A DNA stretch of 48,133 bases from Eubacteriales bacterium (GTDB lineage: Bacteria; Bacillota; Clostridia; Oscillospirales; CAG-272), in the NCBI GenBank assembly GCA_045595425.1, contig JAZOAL010000083.1, positions 1 to 48,133 of the forward strand. Reading direction: 5' to 3'. Positions 1 to 9,495 of this stretch are shown here, piece after piece. Each line of letters starts with the position of its first letter. Position 1 is the first letter of the stretch. The position numbers and the translations under genes are program-made. Under the pieces are notes generated by a model that did no database searches, was not told the origin of the DNA, and was given only the letters and a program-made list of their open reading frames with translations.

Positions 1-32
1 GTCTCAAATGCGAAATTAAGAGCATTTGAGAC
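1..32. terminator. Stem-loop at the window edge, just downstream of the tgt stop on the minus strand; possible tgt terminator
   Basis: 10-bp perfect stem GTCTCAAATG (1-10) / CATTTGAGAC (23-32) with a 12-nt loop. Any U-tract for the minus-strand transcript would lie outside the window. Confidence 0.35.
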
Positions 33-42
33 AGCCGCTTTT

Positions 43-1179
43 TTAATTCTGCGATCTCTCACCGAGTATCAGTCTGTATTTCTGATAGAAGGATTCAAAA
101 TATCCGCCGTCAAGGGCATCACGGATCTTCTGCATAAGTTCATTATAGAAATAAAGATTGTGCATTACAGCAAGGCGCATACCAAGAGATTCCTTTGCCT
201 TGATAAGATGACGGACATAGGAGCGGCTATAATTACGGCAAGCAGGGCAACCGCAATTTTCATCAAAAGGACGTGCGTCCTTTGCATACTTTTCGTTGCA
301 AAGATTCATTTTTCCGTGCCAAGTAAAGAGATTACCGTGGCGCGCGTTACGGCTGGGCATTACACAGTCGAAGAAATCAACTCCCATATGAACTGCCTCA
401 AGAATATTGCAGGGAGTTCCAACCCCCATAAGATATCTCGGCTTATGCCTTGGCATATGAGGCTCAACAACATCGATTATGCGATACATATCCTCTGTTG
501 CTTCACCGACAGCAAGTCCACCTATGGCATAACCATCAAGATCAAGCTCGGAAATACGTTTCATATGATCGATTCGAAGATCCTCATATGTTCCGCCCTG
601 ACCTATACCGAAAAGCATCTGATTCTTATTTATTGTTTCGGGAAGCTGATTAAGTCTGTCCATTTCCGTTTTGCACCGAACGAGCCAGCGCGCGGTACGG
701 TCACAGGAATTCTTAACGTAATCATAAGGTGCGGGGTTTTCAATACATTCGTCAAACGCCATCGCAATGGTGGAAGCAAGATTGGACTGTATCTGCATGC
801 TCTCCTCCGGCCCCATAAAAATGCGCTTGCCATCGATATGAGAAGCAAAACGAACACCCTCCTCTGTTATCTTGCGAAGCTGGGAAAGCGAAAAGACCTG
901 AAATCCCCCGCTGTCAGTGAGCACGGGACCCTCCCAATTAAAGAACTTGCGAAGTCCTCCCATATCATGGATCAGCTTATCACCGGGACGCAGATGGAGA
1001 TGATATGTATTTGAAAGCTCCACCTGACAGTTAAGGTCGATGAGATCCATTGTAGAAACGCCGCCCTTTATAGCGGCACAGGTGCCCACATTCATAAACA
1101 CCGGCGTCTGAATATCTCCATGGACTGTATGAAGGCAACCGCGTCTTGCTCTGCCCTCCTGTTTTATAAGATCAAACAT
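43..1179 (-). CDS. tgt: Queuine tRNA-ribosyltransferase
   Basis: 378-aa ORF. N-terminus ...RRGCLHTVHGDIQTPVFMNVGT, TDSGGFQVFSL and the zinc-site block CGCPACRNYSRSYVRHL are typical of bacterial Tgt. Confidence 0.95.
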   Translation of the reverse strand: MFDLIKQEGRARRGCLHTVHGDIQTPVFMNVGTCAAIKGGVSTMDLIDLNCQVELSNTYHLHLRPGDKLIHDMGGLRKFFNWEGPVLTDSGGFQVFSLSQLRKITEEGVRFASHIDGKRIFMGPEESMQIQSNLASTIAMAFDECIENPAPYDYVKNSCDRTARWLVRCKTEMDRLNQLPETINKNQMLFGIGQGGTYEDLRIDHMKRISELDLDGYAIGGLAVGEATEDMYRIIDVVEPHMPRHKPRYLMGVGTPCNILEAVHMGVDFFDCVMPSRNARHGNLFTWHGKMNLCNEKYAKDARPFDENCGCPACRNYSRSYVRHLIKAKESLGMRLAVMHNLYFYNELMQKIRDALDGGYFESFYQKYRLILGERSQN

Positions 1180-1210
1180 TTTTATATCCTTTCATTAAAG
1201 CAATGCTCTG

Positions 1211-3289
1211 TCAGAGCCGCTCAAACTGCTTATCAAGCATTGTTTTGGTCATTTCAATGGCAACGGGTCTGCCGTGAGGACAGAAGGTTATATCCGGCAT
1301 TTCCATCAGCTTTTTGCAGAGCCACTCGGTATGCCCCTCGGCATACTGTCTGCCTGCCTTTATCGCCGCCTTGCAGGATGCCTGATAGAGTGCCTTTTCG
1401 AAAATAAGATCCCTTGTCAGGGCAACATTGCCAGTGCCCGAGAGAAGTCTCTCGGCAAAGGTCTGGAATATCTCGGGAACTGCGTCGAGCGAGATTCCGG
1501 TTGGCGATGAATGAACGCTGACCTTATTCTCTCCGATATCAAAGGTAAATCCTGCAGATTCTATCTCATCGCGATATTCATTCAGCGCATTACATTCATC
1601 TTTTCCGAGATTTATCTCAATCGGAAGCATCAGCATTTGAGATGCCTGCTCTCGGCTTCTCATTATCTCCTTGAAACGTTCAAAAATTATCCTTTCATGG
1701 GCGGCATGCTTGTCAATAATCAGCATTTTTTCCCCAAGGTCAATAAAAATATATGAATTGAACGCCTCACCGATCATCCTATATGGCGGAATAATTTTTT
1801 CTTCCTTTTTCTCTTCGGTGCTCGTGACTTCAATAGCTTTTTTCTGCGGTCTTATCTCCCCTGGGAGCACTTCTTTTCTTGAATTCTCACATACGGATTT
1901 ATGCTCTTTTTCTTCTATTACTTCGGTATTTTCAGATTCCTTTTTCAGAGTGAAATCCTTAGCCACGAGAACATGAGGAATAGAAAACGCAGGCTCTGCC
2001 TTTGGTGAAGGACTTTCCGCACTTTTTGCAACGATCTCGGGAGTAACGGTATCCACCCTCGGAATTTCCGCCGAGCCCTGATCTTTTCTCTGCCCCGCAG
2101 AAGACAGCCCGACATTATAGGATAGCTGTTCCGCCTTTGGCGCACTTTTATCCTCAATGGGAACAAATGCCGAAAGCGGATTTTGCCTTTGAGACTTCTC
2201 ACCACCGAAGCTTCTTGACGAGCCCGTCTTTCCCGTGGTCATATTTCTGTATTCCGCCGCTGAAACGTGTCCGTTCCTAAGGCGCACCTCGGGGCGGGTG
2301 ATATTCTTTTCCAAGGTGTTTCTGACAGCATAATAGATGCTCTCAAAAACAGGCTTTTCATTTGAAAATTTTACCTCAAGCTTTGCCGGATGAACATTTA
2401 CATCAACCGTTCTGGGGTCTATATCGATGAAGAGAACACAGCAGGGGAACTTTTCGGGTGGTATGTATGAAGAATATGCCTGCTCTATCGCCGCCATAGC
2501 CGTCTTGCTCTTCACATATCTGCCGTTAATAAAGAAATTCTGATAATTTCTGTTGGCTCTGACATTGTCGGAGCGTCCGATATAGCCACTGACACCGATG
2601 GCGCTGCCCGTATTCTCAACCATCAGCATTTTCGAAGCAAAATCTCTGCCGAAAACGGCATAGATCGCACTCATCACCTTTCCGTCGCCGGACGTTTCAA
2701 GGCGAAGAACACCATCGGAAATAAAGCGAATAGCAATCTCGGGATGGGAAAGTGCTATTTTTTCCACGGCTGCATTAACAGCCATGGCTTCAGTGACATC
2801 TTTTTTGAGAAATTTTCTTCTTGCCGGAACATTATAGAAAAGGTCTTCAACAATAACGGTTGTACCGTCCGAAGCGCCTCTCTCCGTAACTCCCACAACA
2901 TTTCCGCCATGAGATTCGATCATAGCCCCAAGAGGATTATCTCTCGTTTTTGAAATTATTCGAACATTTGAAACGGAGGATATAGCCGCCAAAGCCTCTC
3001 CACGGAATCCGAGAGACATAATGGCGTCAAGATCTTCCGCATCCTTTATTTTGCTTGTTGCATGACGGCGCAGTGCAGTTGGGAGGTCATCAGCCTCCAT
3101 GCCGCAGCCATTATCCGACACACGCATAAATGTTGTGCCGCCCTTTTGTATTTCAACAGTTATAGTGTCCGCTCCCGAGTCTATGGAGTTTTCCATAAGC
3201 TCCTTTATAACCGAGGACGGACGGTCAACGACCTCGCCTGCGGCAATGAGGTTTGCCACGGCAAAGCTAAGTACATTTATTTTTCCCAC
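1211..3289 (-). CDS. mutL: DNA mismatch repair protein MutL (endonuclease-type)
   Basis: 692 aa. GHKL ATPase motifs ELMENSIDSGA, DNGCGM and GFRGEAL are present. The C-terminal IDKHAAHERIIFE matches the DQHAxxExxxxE endonuclease motif. It lies directly downstream of mutS. Confidence 0.95.
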   Translation of the reverse strand: MGKINVLSFAVANLIAAGEVVDRPSSVIKELMENSIDSGADTITVEIQKGGTTFMRVSDNGCGMEADDLPTALRRHATSKIKDAEDLDAIMSLGFRGEALAAISSVSNVRIISKTRDNPLGAMIESHGGNVVGVTERGASDGTTVIVEDLFYNVPARRKFLKKDVTEAMAVNAAVEKIALSHPEIAIRFISDGVLRLETSGDGKVMSAIYAVFGRDFASKMLMVENTGSAIGVSGYIGRSDNVRANRNYQNFFINGRYVKSKTAMAAIEQAYSSYIPPEKFPCCVLFIDIDPRTVDVNVHPAKLEVKFSNEKPVFESIYYAVRNTLEKNITRPEVRLRNGHVSAAEYRNMTTGKTGSSRSFGGEKSQRQNPLSAFVPIEDKSAPKAEQLSYNVGLSSAGQRKDQGSAEIPRVDTVTPEIVAKSAESPSPKAEPAFSIPHVLVAKDFTLKKESENTEVIEEKEHKSVCENSRKEVLPGEIRPQKKAIEVTSTEEKKEEKIIPPYRMIGEAFNSYIFIDLGEKMLIIDKHAAHERIIFERFKEIMRSREQASQMLMLPIEINLGKDECNALNEYRDEIESAGFTFDIGENKVSVHSSPTGISLDAVPEIFQTFAERLLSGTGNVALTRDLIFEKALYQASCKAAIKAGRQYAEGHTEWLCKKLMEMPDITFCPHGRPVAIEMTKTMLDKQFERL

Positions 3290-3306
3290 GGCAAACCCTC
3301 CTATAA

Positions 3307-5904
3307 TTATTTAAGTTTCCGCTGAATTTCAAAGAGGAGCTGCATTGCTTCATATGGTGAAATTGTATTGAGATCTATCGCTTTGAGCTCTTCTATTGCC
3401 TTGTCGCGAAGACATTCCTCAAAGCTGATCGTATCTTCCTCCTCTATCATAAGAGGCTGACTCTCTTTCTCGCTTGTGCGAAGCGTTGCCGAGGTCTTTT
3501 CGATGGTCGCAAGAACCTCCTTGGCTCGCTTCACGACCTCACTCGGAAGTCCCGCAAGCTTCGCAACCTCAATACCGTAGCTGTCATCAGTTGACCCCTT
3601 AACTATCTTTCTGAGGAACGTAATGCTGTCACCGCGCTTTTTAGCCGCAATATTGTAATTTACAATGCCATCAAATTCATCTTCAAGGGTGGTAAGCTCG
3701 TGATAATGAGTAGCAAAAAGAGTCTTTGCACCGATCTTTTTTGAATTCGTATATTCGGCAATTGCTCTTGCAATGCTCATGCCGTCAAAGGTGCTGGTTC
3801 CCCTTCCTATCTCGTCATACACGATAAGAGAACGCTTTGTTGCATTTTTAAGAATGTAAGCGACCTCATTCATCTCAAGCATAAAGGTCGACTGTCCCGA
3901 AGCCAGATCATCTGAGGCCCCAACGCGGGTAAACACCTTATCAACTATGCCTATCTGTGCATCCGAAGCCGGAACAAAGGATCCTATCTGAGCCATGACC
4001 GCAATGAGTGCAACCTGTCTCATATATGTGGATTTACCTGCCATATTGGGCCCCGTTATAAGCATCAAACGCTTTGTGCGGCAGTCAAGATCAACATCAT
4101 TGGGAACAAAATAAGTGTCCTTAACAAACTGCTCAACAACGGGATGTCTGCCGTCCTTTATAACGATCGCATCGCCATCGTCAACATCGGGGCAAACATA
4201 TTTATTTTGCGCCGCAACAGTACCGAGAGACATATAGACATCGATAGTCGCAAGCAAAGCCGCTGTCTTCTGTATCCTGTCGCTCTGCTCTGCGACAAAA
4301 GCGCGTATCTGCTGGAAAAGATCGTATTCAAGGCTGCAGATCTTATCTGCAGCACCGAGAATAGTGGACTCCATATCCTTCAGCTCTTGGGTTATATATC
4401 TCTCGCAATTCGCAAGGGTCTGCTTTCTGATATATCTTTCGGGCACTTGATCAAGGAAGGATTTTGTCACCTCGATATAATACCCGAAAACCTTGTTATA
4501 GCTGATTTTGAGCTTGGAAATACCTGTAACTTCCCGTTCTTCATTTTCGATCTTTGAAATCCAGTTCTTGCCATCGGACATGACCGAACGCAGATAATCG
4601 ACATCCTTATCATATCCATCGCATATCATGCCGCCGTCTCGAACGGAGAATGGCGGATCGGCAACGATCGAAGCATCTATTGCCCCCCTCACATCCGAAA
4701 GCTCATCGATCTCGCCTACAATTCGGAGCAGTTCTCTGCTCTCGCATGAAGAAAGCAAGCTTTTAAGCTCGGGAATGACCTTCAGAGTGTTTGCAACAGC
4801 GCGAAGATCCTTCGCATTTGCCGAGCCGTAAACTATCTTCGATATAAGGCGTTCAAGATCGAGAACATCCGAGAGCAAAACTCCTGTTTCCTCCCTGAGC
4901 ATGAAATTCTCAAAAAACTCTTTGACAGCTCCCTGACGCAGGGCTATCTTTTTTGTTGAAAGAAGGGGACGTTCTATCCATTTGCGGAGCATTCTTGCTC
5001 CTGCCGCTGTCTTTGTTCTGTCCAGCACCCAAAGAAGCGATCCCTTCTTTTCCTTTGAGCGCATCGTTTCGATAAGCTCAAGATTTCTTCTGGTATTGAT
5101 ATCCATTTCAAGAAACTGTCCGTCACCGTAAACATTCAGCTCCTTGATATAGGAAATATCGCCCTTCTGAGTCTCTTTTATATAGTCCAGCAGTGCGCCG
5201 ACGGCACATGTCACATTCCTATCACCGCAGACCTTTTCAAAAGCAGACGAGCCAAACTGCTCCTCAATGCGTCTGAGAGCATCGGCATATTCAAATCGAT
5301 GAGGCTGATTTTCGCTTATAAGAGCCTTGGAGCGTTCATGGAGAAACGACGCCATTTCGGGCGATTTTGAAAGTCCGACATTGAATATCACTTCGCTTGG
5401 CGCATATGTACCAATCTCGTTTTTCAGGTGATTCAGCATATTATCGCCCGAAAAGGATGTTGCATAGACCTGCGCTGTTGAGACATCGGCAAAGCCTATA
5501 CCACATTCAAATTCACCCAGATAAACCGTACAAAGATAATTGTTTTTTGAATCTGTGAGAAGATTGGTTTCAAGCAAGGTTCCCGGCGTAACAACGCGCA
5601 CGACCTCACGGCGCACAAGTCCCTTCGCCTGTGAGGGATCCTCTGTCTGCTCGCAGATCGCGACCTTATATCCCTTTTCGATAAGCTTGCCGATATATCC
5701 CTCGGATGAATGGAAAGGAACTCCGCACATGGGTGCCCTTTCCGCTTCTCCGCAATCTCTGCCTGTAAGAGTCAGATCAAGCTCTCTTGACGCAGTTTTT
5801 GCATCGTCAAAAAACATCTCGTAAAAGTCACCGAGACGGTAGAAGAGAAGATAATCCTTATACTGTTTTTTTATCTCAAAATACTGCTCCATCATAGGAG
5901 TCAT
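3307..5904 (-). CDS. mutS: DNA mismatch repair protein MutS
   Basis: 865 aa. It has the N-terminal mismatch-binding motif GDFYEMFFDDA, Walker A GPNMAGKSTYMRQ and DEIGRGTSTFDG. Confidence 0.97.
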   Translation of the reverse strand: MTPMMEQYFEIKKQYKDYLLFYRLGDFYEMFFDDAKTASRELDLTLTGRDCGEAERAPMCGVPFHSSEGYIGKLIEKGYKVAICEQTEDPSQAKGLVRREVVRVVTPGTLLETNLLTDSKNNYLCTVYLGEFECGIGFADVSTAQVYATSFSGDNMLNHLKNEIGTYAPSEVIFNVGLSKSPEMASFLHERSKALISENQPHRFEYADALRRIEEQFGSSAFEKVCGDRNVTCAVGALLDYIKETQKGDISYIKELNVYGDGQFLEMDINTRRNLELIETMRSKEKKGSLLWVLDRTKTAAGARMLRKWIERPLLSTKKIALRQGAVKEFFENFMLREETGVLLSDVLDLERLISKIVYGSANAKDLRAVANTLKVIPELKSLLSSCESRELLRIVGEIDELSDVRGAIDASIVADPPFSVRDGGMICDGYDKDVDYLRSVMSDGKNWISKIENEEREVTGISKLKISYNKVFGYYIEVTKSFLDQVPERYIRKQTLANCERYITQELKDMESTILGAADKICSLEYDLFQQIRAFVAEQSDRIQKTAALLATIDVYMSLGTVAAQNKYVCPDVDDGDAIVIKDGRHPVVEQFVKDTYFVPNDVDLDCRTKRLMLITGPNMAGKSTYMRQVALIAVMAQIGSFVPASDAQIGIVDKVFTRVGASDDLASGQSTFMLEMNEVAYILKNATKRSLIVYDEIGRGTSTFDGMSIARAIAEYTNSKKIGAKTLFATHYHELTTLEDEFDGIVNYNIAAKKRGDSITFLRKIVKGSTDDSYGIEVAKLAGLPSEVVKRAKEVLATIEKTSATLRTSEKESQPLMIEEEDTISFEECLRDKAIEELKAIDLNTISPYEAMQLLFEIQRKLK

Positions 5905-5932
5905 GGCGTTTACCCCTTGTCTTTAAAATAAA

Positions 5933-6316
5933 TTAGTGACAGCCGTGACAAGTGCTGCAATCATGTGTGCAGGAAGGATCCTGACCTGTGATAGTGCTTG
6001 TGATCTTCTGATTGACCTCGTTCATAAGAGCGTTTACATCTGCCTGTGCCGCATCCAGCTCATTAAATACGGGATTCGATGTTATTCGATTATAAAGCTC
6101 GTCCACCTTCTTCTGGATCTCTGAAATAAGAGTCATGTCCTTCTCTGCCTTTTCATATTCATAGCTCATAGCCTTCTGCTGAACCTCATATTCCATCATT
6201 GCCTTATTAAGGTCAATATCCTTGTCATACGCGTTTTTCGCCTCGTTCAGACGGATCATTCTCTCATCATTCTTTATTGCTTCACCGAGCATTTCGGCAA
6301 TATCCATAATTTCCAT
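5933..6316 (-). CDS. YlbF/YmcA-family protein (RicA/YmcA-like) with a Cys/His-rich C-terminus
   Basis: 127 aa and helical. Its position between miaB and mutS matches the B. subtilis ymcB-ymcA-(cotE)-mutS-mutL order. The tail is DPSCTHDCSTCHGCH. Confidence 0.6.
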   Translation of the reverse strand: MEIMDIAEMLGEAIKNDERMIRLNEAKNAYDKDIDLNKAMMEYEVQQKAMSYEYEKAEKDMTLISEIQKKVDELYNRITSNPVFNELDAAQADVNALMNEVNQKITSTITGQDPSCTHDCSTCHGCH

Positions 6317-6334
6317 TTTTCTTTTCTCCTGAAT

Positions 6335-7756
6335 TTAAATTTTTTCACCGTAGAGTGCAAAGGCCTCCGCACGGTCGATTTTTATGTTAAGATATTTTCC
6401 TTCATCGGAGCTGTCTCCGCCAAAGAATACGATCTTATTACCTTCTGTTCTGCCGCTGAGAAGCTCATCGTTATTCTTGCTCACTCCGTCGCAAAGCACA
6501 CGCAGAGTCTTTCCCACAAGAGGCAGATTTTTTGAAAGAGATATTTCGTTTTGAACCTCAAGAAGCCTTGCAAAACGCTCACTCTTTATATTTTCGGGAA
6601 TCTGCTCCATTTCCGCCGCCGGAGTTCCCTTTCTGGGGGAATAAATAAATGAGAATATCATATCATAGCGGACGGTTTTAAGCATCTCCAGCGTCTGCTC
6701 AAAATCCTCCTCGGTCTCGCCCGGAAATCCCACGATAATATCGGTGGTGATGGCGATATCCGGCATTTTTTCTCGGATATAACGCACTGTGTCAAGATAT
6801 TGCGCCTTATCATAATGGCGGTTCATAGCCTTCAGCATTCTGTCACTGCCCGACTGCAAAGGCAAGTGGAAATGACGGGCGATCTTTTCGTTTTCAGCCA
6901 TAACATCGATAAGCTTTCTCGAGGCATCCTTTGGATGGCTGGTCATAAAACGAAGCTTAAAATCCCCCTCTATGGCAGAAAGTCTTTCCATAAGATCCGA
7001 AAAATCGTATTCCATGCCCTTTGCATAGGAGTTGACATTCTGACCAAGCAATGTTATATCCTTATAGCCCTCTTTTGCAAGAGTCTCAACCTCACTGACT
7101 ATATCCTCCATGCGGCGGCTGCGTTCTCTGCCTCTCACATAGGGCACTATGCAGTATGAGCAAAAATTGTTGCATCCATACATAATGCTAACCCATGCGC
7201 GATAATTGCTCTCTCGCTCGATGCCAAGACCTTCGGCAACCTGATATTCGTCCTCTTCGGGACAGAAGATGCGTTTGCCGTTTATAGTCTTTTCATATAG
7301 AAGCTCGGGAAAACGGTGCAGTCCCGATGTTCCGAAAATAAAATCCACATAAGGATAACTGCGTTTTATTTCCTCGCATCTGTGCTCCTGAGTCACCATA
7401 CATCCGCAAACTCCGATCATAAGATCACGGTTCAAAGCCTTTAAATGCTTAAACTGCCCAATGGTTGAAAGTGCTTTTTTTTCGGCATGCTCACGAACGG
7501 CACAGGTATTTACCATAATGAGGTCTGCTCTCCCGGGAGCATCCGTTATCTCATAGCCCATGGCCCTTGCCATACCCGCCAGCTTCTCGCTGTCCGCTTC
7601 ATTTTGCTGACAGCCGAAGGTAAGAACATAGGCACGCATAGGCTCGCCTTTTTTCTCCGCACGAATGGTGTTGAGCGCAAGCATTTTCTCCGAAAACTCG
7701 AAGGTCCGCTTCATCACCTCGGGCGGCACAAGACTGTTTATCTTCTTTTCAGACAT
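6335..7756 (-). CDS. miaB: tRNA-2-methylthio-N6-dimethylallyladenosine synthase (radical SAM methylthiotransferase)
   Basis: 473 aa. It has N-terminal MTTase cysteines (TFGCQQNEADSE, NTCAVRE), the radical-SAM motif GCNNFCSYCIVPYVRG and a C-terminal TRAM-like region. Confidence 0.93.
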   Translation of the reverse strand: MSEKKINSLVPPEVMKRTFEFSEKMLALNTIRAEKKGEPMRAYVLTFGCQQNEADSEKLAGMARAMGYEITDAPGRADLIMVNTCAVREHAEKKALSTIGQFKHLKALNRDLMIGVCGCMVTQEHRCEEIKRSYPYVDFIFGTSGLHRFPELLYEKTINGKRIFCPEEDEYQVAEGLGIERESNYRAWVSIMYGCNNFCSYCIVPYVRGRERSRRMEDIVSEVETLAKEGYKDITLLGQNVNSYAKGMEYDFSDLMERLSAIEGDFKLRFMTSHPKDASRKLIDVMAENEKIARHFHLPLQSGSDRMLKAMNRHYDKAQYLDTVRYIREKMPDIAITTDIIVGFPGETEEDFEQTLEMLKTVRYDMIFSFIYSPRKGTPAAEMEQIPENIKSERFARLLEVQNEISLSKNLPLVGKTLRVLCDGVSKNNDELLSGRTEGNKIVFFGGDSSDEGKYLNIKIDRAEAFALYGEKI

Positions 7757-7789
7757 TACACAAATTCCTTAGATATAAAAATACATTAT

Positions 7790-7819
7790 ATTATAACATT
7801 AAAAGCCGTTTTCTGTCAA
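7790..7819 (-). promoter_or_regulatory. Putative sigma-A promoter of the miaB operon
   Basis: The minus strand reads TTGACA (7819-7814), an 18-nt spacer ending in TGT, then TATAAT (7795-7790). This is about 34 nt upstream of the miaB ATG. Confidence 0.6.
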
Positions 7820-7839
7820 GTAGAATACATAAACTTTGA

Positions 7840-7950
7840 TCACATGGCCATTTCCTGCTCAAAATGAGAAGGAACGGTTATTGTGCAAAGTTCTTTCAGT
7901 GTTTCAAGCAGAGAATCGTGATTCCTGCCGACATATTCTTTAATTTCCAT
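7840..7950 (-). pseudogene. 36-codon ORF overlapping the apbE stop; possible N-terminal remnant of a metallopeptidase gene
   Basis: My own translation is MEIKEYVGRNHDSLLETLKELCTITVPSHFEQEMAM*. The ATG (7950-7948) overlaps the apbE stop region. The ORF ends immediately before the miaB promoter. Similarity to M20-family N-termini is from memory only. Confidence 0.3.
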
Positions 7951-8968
7951 TTTCCTTTTCCCCTTCAAAAGTGACAGTCACACCTTTTTTTGCACTAAAT
8001 CCACCCTCAAGCCCGGCTGTTGCGAAAATACCATCATCGGTAACAAAAACAGCCTCAAAATCACAGACTCCGGAATTGTAAAACTCAAAAGACGCCTCCT
8101 TGCCCATCACAAAAAGAGCGGTTGAAAGCGCGTCGGAAAGTGCTCCGTCATTGCTTACGACAGAGACCGAATGTAATCCGTTTGAAACGGGATATCCAGT
8201 CTTAGGATCAATAATATGATTATATTTTGTTTCGCCGATTTCAATATAGCGTTCGTAATCACCCGACACCGAAACATAGCCGCCCTCAAGATCAAGATAC
8301 CCGATCACATCATCGGGATTTTTCGGGTCTTTGATGCCGACCTTGTAAGGCTCGCCGTTCTTCTTTTCCCCCACCAGAGCAACATTCCCGCCAAAGGAAA
8401 GTATCGCTCCGCTGACGCCCTTTTCCCGGAGAAGCTCACAGACCTTCTCTGCCGCATATCCTTTTCCTATCGCGCCGAAATCGATGCGTATATCCTTGGA
8501 ACTTTTTTTGAGAGTACCGTCTTCAATTGAAATTCCATTATATCCAACATTTTCAAGACAGGATGCGATCTCATCCTCGCTCGGAGCTCTTCCCTCTTTG
8601 GCAGAATTCTCCCAGAGCTCTTTGAGAGCTCCAACGGTGATGTCAAACGATCCGTCTGTCAGTCTCGAAAGCTCGGAAGATCGGGATACAAGCTCGGAAA
8701 AAGCACCGCTGACAGCAAGCATCAGGTCTATACCTGTATTTGCAATTTCAGTATCACTATCCGCAACCGTTTTTGAAATTACGCTTTCAATATCCGTTAT
8801 AAGCCTCTCACATTCGGCAATTATCGCCTCCTCATCAAGCTCACTATCGGAAATTCTTATGTCTATGATGGTATCCATAGCAACAAACGATCGATCTACA
8901 TATTCTTCGTTTTTCGCACAGCCGCATAAGATCAGACATGCCAAAAGCAAAACCAAGATTCTTTTCAT
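7940..8968 (-). CDS. apbE: FAD:protein FMN transferase (ApbE family) lipoprotein
   Basis: 342 aa. It has a lipoprotein signal MKRILVLLLACLILCGC. ApbE-like blocks are VAMDTIIDIR, DFGAIGKGYAAE, VSGDYERY and NHIIDPKTGYP. Confidence 0.9.
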   Translation of the reverse strand: MKRILVLLLACLILCGCAKNEEYVDRSFVAMDTIIDIRISDSELDEEAIIAECERLITDIESVISKTVADSDTEIANTGIDLMLAVSGAFSELVSRSSELSRLTDGSFDITVGALKELWENSAKEGRAPSEDEIASCLENVGYNGISIEDGTLKKSSKDIRIDFGAIGKGYAAEKVCELLREKGVSGAILSFGGNVALVGEKKNGEPYKVGIKDPKNPDDVIGYLDLEGGYVSVSGDYERYIEIGETKYNHIIDPKTGYPVSNGLHSVSVVSNDGALSDALSTALFVMGKEASFEFYNSGVCDFEAVFVTDDGIFATAGLEGGFSAKKGVTVTFEGEKENGN

Positions 8969-9495
8969 TTCGAAATAATTTCCTTATACTTATTTGATAA
9001 AAAATTCAGCAAAAATCCCGTTACAGCACCGAAAACCGCTCCGCAAATAAGCAGATACGGCAGATAAAATGCCGCAACCGCTGTACCGAAGAAAGCAGCG
9101 GCAACCGCAGTTTGCCCCACATTGTGCAGACAGGCACAGATTACGGAAACGCCGATATAACTGACTCTTCCGCCAAGAAGACGGGAAAGATAAAGTCCGC
9201 CAAATGATAAAATTGCGCCGCAGAGAGAATACAAAAACGAGATCGGACTGCCGAAAAGTATACCCATTATTATCACTCTGCCAAAGGAGATCGCCGCGGA
9301 CTTCGCCGCTGACACTTCGAAAAATGCAAATGTCACTATAACATTGGCAAGCCCAAGCTTCATTCCCGGAAGGAACGCTGCTCGCAAGCCCAAAATGCTT
9401 TCGATATAAGAAAGTAAGATTGCCGCTGCAAGAAGCAGTCCGCCTGACGCGGCTTCGGCGGCTTTACCCTGCAACCGCATCCGCATCGGCATCAC
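8965..9495 (-). CDS. Gx transporter family protein (PF07456-like small polytopic membrane protein)
   Basis: 176 aa, Gly/Ala-rich with about 5 hydrophobic spans. There is an ATGA start/stop overlap with apbE. The start is uncertain, with in-frame ATGs at 9495, 9492, 9486 and 9480. The family assignment is by recollection of the conserved NusG_II neighbourhood. Confidence 0.6.
   Translation of the reverse strand: MMPMRMRLQGKAAEAASGGLLLAAAILLSYIESILGLRAAFLPGMKLGLANVIVTFAFFEVSAAKSAAISFGRVIIMGILFGSPISFLYSLCGAILSFGGLYLSRLLGGRVSYIGVSVICACLHNVGQTAVAAAFFGTAVAAFYLPYLLICGAVFGAVTGFLLNFLSNKYKEIISK

Noticed and set aside
160-1014. 284-aa ORF antisense to tgt. Similar long antisense ORFs occur at 20320-21021, 22143-22718, 24517-25116, 27149-27721, 30202-30954, 39271-39894 and 46512-47042
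   Set aside because: All lie fully inside strongly supported genes on the other strand. They have odd composition and no translation signals, which is typical of codon-bias-driven shadow frames.
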